A DNA stretch of 63,372 nucleotides, filler included, from Reclinomonas americana ATCC 50394 (lineage: Eukaryota): assembly GCA_048213135.1 (NCBI GenBank). It is 15 parts of 15 records of this genome, joined end to end, with 100 filler letters (N's around TTAATTAATTAA, not from the genome) between each part and the next. Parts side by side here need not be neighbours in the genome. Positions count along the whole stretch, not along the records: positions 24,477 to 27,557 come from AFZH01021419.1; positions 27,658 to 31,410 come from AFZH01021420.1; positions 31,511 to 33,953 come from AFZH01021421.1; positions 34,054 to 55,662 come from AFZH01021422.1; 11 more parts are not named here. One strand, 5' to 3'. Shown one piece after another: positions 27,170 to 42,447 of the stretch. Under the pieces are notes generated by a model. It was not told where the DNA came from, made no database searches, and saw only the letters and a program-made list of their open reading frames with translations. Positions within the stretch are counted from its first letter, which is position 1; each line of letters starts with the position of its first letter. The translations under genes were made by a program, and so were the position numbers.

Positions 27170-29069
27170 ATGTCCACCAACGTGCGTTCATTGCACGCAC
27201 TCTTTCTCTCTCTCTCAGTCATTCCCACTCACTCTCTCTTCTCCACACAACAGGATTCCACTGGTTTCGCATATTACATTTCTCGCTTTTCACTCTTCAT
27301 CACTCACTCACACACTCCCTCGCCCACGCAGCCTTCTACCACTACCACAACACCGCCCTCTGGCGCAATCCATTGATCCGCTGGGCCGCCACCCTGCTCA
27401 ACCGCGTCACCTCCTTTGTCCCGCCTCCTCCTCCTCTCATCAACCAGCAGCCGCCGCTGCCACCGTACCGCGTCCTGCTCCTGCACGCGCACCCCTCCCC
27501 GCACTCTCTCTCCGCCACACTGTGCACGCGCGCTGAGGAATCACTGCGCGCGGCCGGNNNNNNNNNNNNNNNNNNNNNNNNNNNNNNNNNNNNNNNNNNN
27601 NTTAATTAATTAANNNNNNNNNNNNNNNNNNNNNNNNNNNNNNNNNNNNNNNNNNNNGACACAGGCGACTGTGTTATCATACTTTGTACAAGACAACATG
27701 CAACAGGTGATGAGCTTGAAGTGCAAGCACTCTCGGGGTGTGTTGGGATATGCTGCACATCTTGCGCTGCATGGCAAGGCTTCCATCCTCTCCCTCTCTC
27801 TCTCTCTGTCGTTCTCACTCTCGAACACTTTCTCTCTTAGTCTGTCTTCCACCTTTCTTGTTTCCTTCCTTTATTTCTATCCTTCGTTCTTTCGTTCGTT
27901 CTTTCGTTCGTTCTCTCTCTCGTACACACGTTCTTTTTCTTGTTTCCTTCCTCTCTTTCTTCTTTCTCTCTCTCTTCTTCTCTCTCTCTCTCTCGTCTTC
28001 TCTCTATTTCTGCCTGTCTCTTCCCTTTTCCCTTTCTTTCTTTCTTTCTCTCTTCCTCTCTTTCTCATTTCTTTCTTCCTCTCTCTCCCTCTCTCTACAT
28101 TTCATTCACCAACAAGCAAGCAACTATTTTTTCTTTCTTTCACTCTCTATCTCTCCGCTGTGCGAATAGGATGTCTTGCCAATGCTGATCAGTGCACTTT
28201 TCTGCAGCTGTTTTCACTCACGGGGATTCTCATTCCATCTTTCTCTCACAGTGACTTGCTGATCATGAGTGGCGCCTCGGTCTATTTCACCACCCGTAGC
28301 GCCTGTGTACTCTCCTCCTCATTTCGCCCACTGGCACCCTCTATTCGACTCTTCTCCAGTTTGACTCTCAGTGTTTCCTCACCCTTGCCGTCCCTCTCTC
28401 TTTCTCGCTCTCTCGCTTGCTCTCCCTTCCGGCAAGTGTGTATTCGTTCTCCTCTTTCGCTCCTCTGTAGCTCTCCCTTGGACCCTTCTACTCTCTTCCT
28501 CTCTGCGATTGTGACGGGCGTGATGACACTCTTTTAACTCACGCGTTGCATGTTAACTCTTTCTGCACCTATTTTCTTCGGAATCTCTCTTTGGACTCTC
28601 TTCTCTTCACTCGGCAACTGTGACGGGTACGACAATCTGCGGTATTCACTGTTGCACTCTTTTCCCCCTCTTGCTTCCTCTCTCTCTCTCTCTCTCTCTC
28701 GCTTCGCATCCTCTCCTTCTCTTCTCTCCTCCCTCCCCTCCCCCTCTATTCCCACACCCACCTTTCCCCCACCCAGGCGTCGCCTTCCGCCTCGACACCG
28801 ACAACCCCGAATCCGGCCGCATCCTCCCGCTTCTCACCAACATTCGCCGCGTCGCCGTCATCACCACCTACGGCGGTAGCACCGCACAAGTCGCGCTGGC
28901 CGGCGACAATGGACGACGCCTCATTACGCGCTCGCTGGTGCGCTTTCTCTTCCACCGCGAGTGCACACTGTTGTGGATGGGCCTCAAGTCGGTGGAGGAC
29001 CCGAATGGAGGGGGCGAACGGGCGTCGTTTGTTGACAAGGTGGGCGTGACCATGCGGCATTATTTTTGA
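27170..29069 (+). CDS. NAD(P)H dehydrogenase (quinone) / flavodoxin-2 fold oxidoreductase, bacterial type; middle exon(s) lost in the 27558-27657 gap
   Basis: N-terminal RVLLLHAHPSPHSLSATLCTRAEESLRAAG and C-terminal PGVAFRLD...ILPLLTNIRRVAVITTYGG...GDNGRRLITRSL...RASFVDKV-stop are typical of the Flavodoxin_2 (MdaB/KefF-related) family. Short first exons have GT-AG introns. Confidence 0.8.
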
Positions 29070-29763
29070 CGGGGGTGTGGAAGGAGGAGAAGAAGAGGCC
29101 GTAAAGTGATAATGCAATGCAGTCACGGAGCAGGAGGCGAGACAATGTCCCCAATCGAGTGAAGTAACAAGAAAGTCGCTCCCCACGAATCTACAGTGCC
29201 CATTTTTCTCATCTTGCACAGATACCACGCCAGTCAATGACCTCTCTGGCACGAGGACTCACACTATTCCCGCCGACACTATCAATATCAATGCGCGAAA
29301 CTAAACAACAAGCCCGTTCGTCTCATGCTGCGCAGATATCACTTCCAGACTCAATCTCTATTACAATCACAGACACGACAGGTATGACCAAAACACCACT
29401 TTGCACACAACAACAACAACAAGGCGACCACCTCCTCTCGTGCTCACGTCACTCCGAACAAGAATCCAATTGCCTCACATCAACACCTACTACTTCTTCC
29501 TCTTTCTCTCCTCCTTTTCTCCCTCATACGTTTCCCTTCAGTCTCTTCCTCCCACTTTCCTCACCCGTATTCCCTATCTCTCAAGATGACAATCGCCATC
29601 CGCCAACAAACATGATCGCAAGACAACCTCTCCACACAACAAGTGTGCTGTGAATCGCATCTTCAGCAAGAACTTCGCAAGCGCGCCTCTTCGACCACAC
29701 TGCCCCACGCCTCTTCCCCTCAAATCCGCTGTCATCCACTTACATTTCAACAGCACCGCCACA

Positions 29764-30808
29764 TCACCAACCATACCGCTGCGCCGTCTCGCGTTTGGTG
29801 CGCTGGCCGGCGGCGCGCGTCTCCTGGAACTCGCGCTTGCGTGAGAGCGCGTCGATGACCAGAGAGTTGATCTGGTGCTTGCGCTTGTGCATTTTCGAGG
29901 CGCTGCCGGTGGCGCGCATGGAGCCGGTGCGGGGGTCGTAGAATTGGGTTTTGATGACGACCTTGCAAAGGGGGAAGAGCGTGATGAGGGAAAGGGAGGG
30001 GGAGAAGGGGGAAGGAGGGAAATGCGACAGTTCGCCGTCTCTCGCTGTCCACACAATCGTACTGCCCACATATTCAAATGCCACCGCTCCAACTCCCTCC
30101 TTCACTCACTCCAAGTTCTCCACTCGCTCTCCTGCTCAACTCTCTCTGTCTCTCTTGAGGCAGTATCTCTTCCCCTCTTATTCTCTCGCGTACTCTGCCT
30201 TTCAACATTTCATATATTCCCTTCTGTGTCTATTGCTGCCTAACTGACCCCTCTCTATCGCAGCCAGGTCTTCCGCATCACCTCCGTTGTCTCCATAGTT
30301 GAAAACCACAGGCCGTGATCACATTCTCACCCTGTCCCATGCAAATTCTCTGTTATTCTTCATGTTCTTTCTGTATATCTCATTTCCCGACTCTCTCTCT
30401 CTCTCTCCGTCTCGCATTTCCTTGACTCACACATACTTTGACTCTGCGTCTCCCTTCCATTTGTCGTTCACTCTCTCCCTCATCTATTCACAAATAAATC
30501 ACTTTCTGTTGCACCCAACATGTTACCACGTCGTTCACGACTATTAACTTCCAATCCCACACTGTTTCATGCTCTCTCTGCCTTCCACACAGTATACGTC
30601 CTCATTGTCAATTGGCTCACACTGCCTCATCTCTGTCTCCGTTGTAGCTGTCTCTTCCGTTTTTCCCTCTTGTGCAGACTCGCCTGCCTCACTCCCATTT
30701 CGTGACTTACATTTAATGCGCGTTTTAAGTCCTCTCCTCTCTCTCTCTCTCTCTCTGTCAGTCTGTCTGTCTGTCTGACTCTCTATCACACACTCTCTCT
30801 CTTTGTAC

Positions 30809-30854
<46 letters not shown>

Positions 30855-30907
30855 ACACGAGCCAACACTTCTCAGTATTCCACTCGGTGTACTTCCAGAT
30901 CTCTCTT

Positions 30908-30942
<35 letters not shown>

Positions 30943-32414
30943 GAGGCACAGGGATCCCGGTGCCTGTTGCGCTCGCACCATCCACCACTGCACACCCTGA
31001 CACACATCGCACACTGTTCTACACACAGAATCGCAGTCCCACTCTGGAGCACCCTGTGGCGACACGAATGTCCGTGCTGTCCCAGTCTCTCTGTCTCTCT
31101 TCTCTTTGTTTTCTCCAAATCTCTCTCCCTCTCACTCTTCTCTTTGTTCTCTCCAAACGTCTCCTACATACACTCTTCCATCAAACCTCTCTCTTCTCTT
31201 TGTCCTCTCCAAATCTCTCTCTCTCTCTAACTCTCTCTCTCTCTCTGTCTCCCTCTCTCCCTCTCCCTCTCACTCCAGTCCTTCCAACCTTCCCTGCGCA
31301 CGCATCCCTCTCAATCTCCCCTCTCGGTTCTCCCTTCCCACCTATCCCTATCCCTTCCCCCCATATCCCTTCCCCATCAACCCCCTCATCACACCTCCTG
31401 CATCCCACCCNNNNNNNNNNNNNNNNNNNNNNNNNNNNNNNNNNNNNNNNNNNNTTAATTAATTAANNNNNNNNNNNNNNNNNNNNNNNNNNNNNNNNNN
31501 NNNNNNNNNNTGGAGCCGAGGAGGCCTTGATCGAGCCGAGATTGAAGAAATCGAGACCGTCGTCGATGACGGGTGGCTGCAGCGCGGAGAGATGAGGAGG
31601 GTGTGATGAGACGGCGCCATATCTTTGGCTAAAATCACCTTCTTCTCCGCCGCCTGTAATCTGGCCTCCTGCTCGGCCGACACGCCGTGTCGGTGGCCGC
31701 GCTGTGCCGCCGTCTCCACTTGGCCCTCCACAATCTTCTTGCGCTCCGTGCCGACAGTCTTGCCGCGCAGAGCGTGGGGCATGAAGGGGAGCGAGGACTT
31801 GGGGGCTGATGAGGCGGCGGCGGCACGTGCTGCAGGTTGCGGCTTTGCCTCTTCCTCGTCTTCGTCTTCGTCCTCCTTTTCTTCATCGCTGTCACCGTAG
31901 CCTGCGAGGCCGAGGAGCGCGCCGCCATTGTCGCCGTCATCGCTGTTGAGAGAGGGAGTGAGCGGCAATGAAGTAATAGAGGGAGCGAACGGAATACGTA
32001 CTTGGCGGCGTCCTCCTCCTCCTCCTCCTCTTCGTCCTCTTGTTGCTTTTGTTCCGCGGCCTGCTTGGCGGCTGCGGCAGCTGCTGCGGCGGCAGTGGCG
32101 GCGGCAGCGGCTGGTTTCTCAGGGGCGGCCGCTCTGTGGGAGATGAGAAGAGTAAGGAAACGGTCGCTTTCTTACAACTCTACCTCCCTTGGTGTGCTCC
32201 CTTGCCCACTCTTCGCCTCCATCATCCCCAATGTATCTTACTTCCCTTCCGTTACTCTCATCTTCCCATGCATGTTCCCTCGTCGCACGCGTCTCTATCT
32301 CTCTCTGTGCGTGCGTGCGTGCGTGTTTGTGATTGTTTCTCTCTGTCTTTCGATGCCACTCCATCTGTTCCTGCAGGTCGCTCTGTGCGTGCGTGCGTGC
32401 GTGCGTGTGTGTGT

Positions 32415-32468
<54 letters not shown>

Positions 32469-33302
32469 CTCTCTCTCGTCGCTCTTGTCCCGCTCTTTAT
32501 CTCTCTCGCATTCACTCTGTCTGTGTGCAAGCGCGCGCGTTGTGTTTGTTTCCATCTGTCTTTCGATGCCTCTCCACCTGTTCCTGTAGCTCTCTGTGCG
32601 TGTATGTGTTCGTGTGTGCGCGTGTATGTGTGCGTGTTTCTCTCTCTCTCACACACACACCTCTCCTGCATCGCTCGCTCTCTCCCTCATTCTCTTTATC
32701 TCTCTCTCTCTCTATGTACGTGCGTGCGTGCTTGTGCTCGTTTCTCTTTCAATGCCACTCCACCTGTTCCTGGAGCTCGCTCTGTGCGTGTATGTGTGCG
32801 TGTGTGCGCGTGTACGTGTGTTTCTCTCTCTTATCTATCCTGCCTCGCTCGCTCTCTCTCTCTCTCACTCACTCTCTCTGTGTGCGTGAATGTGTGTTTG
32901 TGTTTGTTTCTCTCTTTCAATGCCACTCCACCTGTCCCTAAAGCTTAATCGGTGTGTGTGTGTTGTGTGTTTCTCTCTCTCATCTCTTCTGCCTCGCTCG
33001 CTCTCTCTCACACTCACTCTCTCTGTGTGCGTGTGTGTCCACGCGCGTGTGTGCTTCTCTCTCTCTCATCTCTCCTGCCTCTCTCTCTCTCCACCCTCCT
33101 CCTGCCATCCCTTCCCTCCCCCATCCACTCACTTCCCCACTGGATTCTTCGGGGCGGGCAAGAACGACGACAGCGAAAAGCCGCCCGTCTTTTGCTTCTT
33201 CATCACCGGCTGCCCGTCGTCCTCGTCGTCGTCATCGTCGTTGCCGTTGCCTTTCTTGGCGCGGAGGCGACGGGGGTCGATGGGGAGGGTGAAGGCGACG
33301 AC
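29764..33302 (-). CDS. PRCC: PRCC family protein (proline-rich, mitotic checkpoint/splicing associated); 5' end missing
   Basis: The last exon ends HKRKHQINSLVIDALSRKREFQETRAAGQRTKRETAQRYGW-stop, the conserved PRCC C-terminus. Upstream exons include GGFSLSSFLPAPKN and LAGYGDSDEE. Confidence 0.8.
32290..33070. repeat. Intronic degenerate tandem repeat (about 180-210-bp unit) with GT/CT microsatellites
   Basis: CTTTC(G/A)ATGCC(A/T)CTCCA(T/C)CTGT recurs at about 32348, 32560, 32746 and 32914. Confidence 0.75.
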
Positions 33303-33885
33303 CTGGGCGGGAGGGGGAGAAGCGAGGGAAGGGAAGGGGAGAGAATAAGTGGGAGAATGAGAGGGAGAGAAATGAAGAAAACTGTCGAATGGTCCTTGCC
33401 GAGTCACACTGTCTGTTCGTGGGTGTGAAATACATGAAGTGGAGACACAGAAAGCGAGCGAATGACAGAAAGAAATAAAGGAAGACAAGTAGACGAAGGA
33501 ACATGTGAGTTGGACCTCGCCGAGACTCTTTCTCTCTCTGCGAGTCTGTGAGTGTGTGAGAGAGTGACAGGGAGATCACAGACAGTAAAGGGTGGAGAGG
33601 GTGAGTGCTGCTGTCGCACCCAAGCGAGTACTTGTGCCCATTGCCAATGGATCAGAGGGTATGCCACAGAGAGAGAAGGGGAGAGTGAAGGCGACGACCT
33701 GGGAGAGGGAGAGGGGAGAAGAAGTGAGGGGGGAGGGAGTAATGGGGAACGAGAGGCAGTGGGAGAAGGCAAAATTAAGAGAACAGATGGTCCTTTCTGA
33801 AACACTGCCTCTGTGTGGGTGTGATATGCATTAAGAGGAGACACAGCGAGGAAGCAAGGGCGAGAGACAGACAGACAGACAGACA

Positions 33886-33953
<68 letters not shown>

Positions 33954-34074
33954 NNNNNNNNNNNNNNNNNNNNNNNNNNNNNNNNNNNNNNNNNNNNTTA
34001 ATTAATTAANNNNNNNNNNNNNNNNNNNNNNNNNNNNNNNNNNNNNNNNNNNNACACACATGCTCTCTCTCTTG

Positions 34075-34110
<36 letters not shown>

Positions 34111-34590
34111 CTCTCTCTCTCTCTCTCTTACTTTCTCTCTTTCTCACACTGTCACAATCACTCTGCAGTCACTCATTCACTCTCTCCCTCCCTCCCTCCT
34201 TTACTCTCTCTCTCTCTCTCACTCACTCGCTCTCTCTCTCTCTCTCTCTCTCTGTGAGCATGAGTCACTCAACTGGTTTCGCGCGCTGTTGTTGCTGATC
34301 GGGATCACTGCGCGAGAAAACAAGAGCAAGACACACAGTGAGAGACACACACACAAACACTCACACACTCACTCAGTGACTCTGTTGCTTTGCTCTCTCA
34401 CCTCATTTGAGAAAGATGTCCTGCGCGCGATGAACGTCGACTTGTGTTTGCGCGTGTGTTTACCCTGTCGCGCGCGCGTGAAGTTCGATGGTTGTGTGAG
34501 TGTGTTGATTATGCAGCGAGTGAGCGAGGGAAGTAAAGGGGAAGACGGTGACGAAGTTTGGAATGAAACTTTTGCAGGACACTTGCTGTC

Positions 34591-36756
34591 GGGGGTGTTC
34601 GAGCGTGTCCCTGGTTCACATTTTCTTTGGGGGTAACTGAGGCCCATTGGAGCCCGGGTTCAGCAAAGTTAGCGGTGCCTTCGGCAAAATAGTCTAGGGG
34701 TAACTAACGAATCCACACCAGCCAGGCAGGCTTATCTATCGCCCAAGTTCGGCGTTCTTCCGCGGAAACTGGCCGATTCAAGCTTGTATTTTGAAGAAAT
34801 CTTCCCGGCGAGAATGTCCTTGCGTTGCAGGTACCTTACAGCAATCACTCATAGCGTTGCTGATGGTTGGCTGTGATGGTTTGCAAACAGGAGCCAATCT
34901 ACAGAAGATGGATTAGTAAAGTTGTTGTTGTGTTGTTGCTCAAATTCACAAGCATTCCAGTCGACCGATCGATCATTATCATTCATTCTATTCAACAACA
35001 ACAACTTTACTAATCCAAACAGCAAGCTGCATGATGATCACCATCTTGAGTGAGCACCAGAAACTCAGACATCACGTGAACACTGAGATATTCGTATCGG
35101 TACGGTTCTGTATCAATTCAACTGCACAGTTCAACAGCCAAGAGGCCAATTTACTCATCATCGACAAGCATCATCTGCTCAAACATCTGCTCTTGCTGAT
35201 GTAAAAATTTTCGCTTCGCGGAGATGAAATTCTCCGTTGACAAGTCTGGCTCTTCGCCGCTGCAGCTGTCCTCGCTGTTGTACACCGCCGCCGGCCGCGG
35301 GTCGACGCCTACAACGCCGTATGCCGGTATCGACGTCGGAGGGAGATGCGTCAGACTCGCAGTAGCAGCAAGCGCCCCTGCACTCCCAGCTGCCCCCGAG
35401 CCACCGGGGTGTGACTGGTAACAGCAGCGGCGGAGGCGGTGGTGCACGTGGCAGGCCGAGGGGAAGGCGAGGCCTATAGCTAAGTTCCGGCGTCTCAGTT
35501 GCAGCTGCACCTGCACCTGCACTGCGAGTGGCATCCAGTGGCGGTGCTGGTGGTGGCGGTGGCGGCGGTGATTGCGGCGTTGATGGCGGTGGCGGTGGTG
35601 GCGGCGATGGCGGTGGTGGCCGTGGCACGGACGGTGACCAAAGTGGAGGCGCAGGCGCCGGCTGCAGTTGCAGCGGTGGCACTGCCGCAGCTAGCTGTGG
35701 ACTCGACGGATCGCAAACCAATGCCGATAACGGTGACGGCTGCTTGCCGTGGGAGCCGACAGGACTAGAGCGGTGGACGGGAACCAGAACTGTCTGGCTA
35801 CTCACGACATTCCGAAGCGCTGCACCCCTTCCACCTAGGCCCGCAGGAATGAGCACAGGGCGTTGCGACCCGCCGACCGTGAAAGTCCTTGCATTTGGCA
35901 GAGAAGCTGCGACCGCCGCCAAAGGGCGCTGCAGCTGCGTTGCCAGCAAGGGCTGAGGCGTCGAACCCGACGCAGATGTTTGTGCGGCCGGTGCTGCGGC
36001 GAGCGCCGCGGCAGTCCGTATGTCCCGATTGGCAGCCAACCGGGGATGTGCAACGGGCGCAGCGGGCGCACCCGACGACTGCGGTCCGCTGAGATAGTTG
36101 GTTGAAAGGTGCCACTGTCTTGCCGATGACAAACCGCCAGATGGTGCCCCTGGATGCAGACGGTGCATACTTCGCGTCGATCAGACCAGCGGAGAGTTGC
36201 TGAAATCCGAGATCAGACGAGCAAGCTCTCGTTGCTGCTGCGATTTCGGAATTCGATTGTCTCTGCGATAGCTGCGGCAGCCGCATCGACCCTGGAGGAC
36301 GAAGAGGAACCAGAGCCAGAGGCGGACCCGGAGGAGTTCGACTGCGACGAATTCCCCAGGTTTCGGCGTTTCTCCTACTGCCCATCTTCATCGCCGTCTC
36401 CTTCGCGAACGCGCTTGCCAATGGAACCACCAGCAGCTCCACCACGATAAGACAGTACGATGTTAACATTGCGCTCGCGTGGAACAGCAGTGCAGACCAC
36501 TGTTGTGATTTGAGTGCGACAGCGGAACCACAGACGCAAATGAGCCACCACTCACCGATAAGGTACAGCATCGATCTCCGTGCTTGCTGTAGGAGGTCAC
36601 TTTGCCAGGTAGGTCGCCACGGTACAAGGTCATAGTCATACGGTTGGCCTGCATGCTCCGCCCTGCATGGGGGGCTGGAGACGAGGAATGCAGTGAGCCG
36701 CAAAACATGCTATGCGGAGAAATAACACTGTGCCAGCTGTGCATGTGCTTGTGTGC

Positions 36757-36790
<34 letters not shown>

Positions 36791-37207
36791 AGTTGCAGTG
36801 GTTACTGAACAAGTTTGGCACAAACGCAACATCTCCGCAGGAGAGAAGATGCACACTCCACTCCTCGTCTGCTTGGAGAACAGTGTGACTTGCGCGATCT
36901 CCACTGTCGGGCAAGGCCAGTTGCTCTAGCACGTGAGTCTTGAACAGTGTCGGTGTCGATAGCTCAGCGCAGGGTGACTCTTGTCCACAGAGCGCGCGCT
37001 GCGCGCGGCCAGTGGGGTTGTGACGATGCATTCCTCCACATCCTTGGACACAAGACGGCACTTGACGGAACCGCGGTGAGGCTGCAGCTGCCCGAGATCC
37101 ATGACGTACTAGGATGCCAAAAACTTAAGGGTGACATGAAGAGGCCCAGGAAAACTTAAGGGTTCCCGTGTGAAAAATTCAAGGGTGACTGATGCTCGAA
37201 CACCCCC
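34591..37207. mobile_element. 2617-bp DNA-transposon-like element with TIRs and target-site duplication; no recognisable transposase (non-autonomous)
   Basis: Left end GGGGGTGTTCGAGC (34591-34604) and right end GCTCGAACACCCCC (37194-37207) form a perfect 14-bp inverted repeat. GCTGTC flanks both sides (34585-34590, 37208-37213). The element interrupts a promoter sequence that is contiguous upstream of kinase copies 3 and 4. Confidence 0.88.
35151..37102 (-). pseudogene. Degenerate intron-containing cargo gene inside the TIR element (Ser/Pro-rich, unknown function)
   Basis: ATG near 37102 (MDLGQLQPHRG). An in-frame splice joins ...GVCIFSPAEM to AEHAGQPYDYDLVPWRPTW...MLYLI. Downstream low-complexity frames contain stops and frame changes, and a terminal ORF ends QMFEQMMLVDDE-stop. 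Confidence 0.45.
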
Positions 37208-37258
37208 GCTGTCTTCCCGTGTTCTGTGCTGTTTTGAGACGAGGTGTGAGTGCGAAGA

Positions 37259-41772
<4,514 letters not shown>

Positions 41773-42447
41773 GGAAGGAGAGCAAACGTTTTTTTGTGTG
41801 GAGTCAGTGTACGCAATGTGTATCTGTGACTGACGCGCCAGGAACTCATCTGCGGAAGGAAGCGGATGGTAGTGTGAATTCAGCGTCAACGCGAGTGCAC
41901 CGTTGTCGAGGAGCCACATGCGTTTTCTTGATGTTCTGCGAGCAAGCGTGAGCGGGATGCATCTCCGGCAAGTCAGCGGATATTGCGCCCGATCGAGTCG
42001 ATGTCTGAGCGGTACGTCTGCAAAACGAAACACTTATAGCACCTCGTTGCAATAATGCGACAAATGTCCACAATCCCTTGCCGACAGTGACTCTTCTACC
42101 AAGTGGCCGTCGACGAGGCGATGCTCCCAGGGTGCCGAGCGAGTTGGACCATGCAGACAGTACCACGGGTGGTTGCAGCAGGCAAAAAAGACAGACAGCG
42201 CACTCGACGTCGGCAAACGAAGTGACTTCAAAATTGACACCTTGTGCGTCTGCAGCTGCTGTGACCATTCACGAGCACTACAGCTCTGTGGTGAGACGAG
42301 GCAGTGAATTTATTAGTGCTGAAGAAGAGAAACGTCGACATCGAAAAAATATGCAGGACGATTCTGCCCTTCAGTCTTCTCTCGCCACTCTGCCAACTCC
42401 GCCCTTGTGATCACCCTTGTGTGTTGAGCCCTGTGAGTGTGTGAAGA

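Noticed and set aside
36330..36960. In-frame TAG codons in the element cargo suggesting stop-codon reassignment
   Set aside because: Conserved host genes (dynein, kinases, WD40) have no in-frame stops in exons; decay or introns explain these.
41846..42268. Minus-strand ORF with ECAVCLFCLLQPPVVL resembling the start of a RING finger
   Set aside because: The remaining Cys/His ligands are absent and there is no convincing exon structure.
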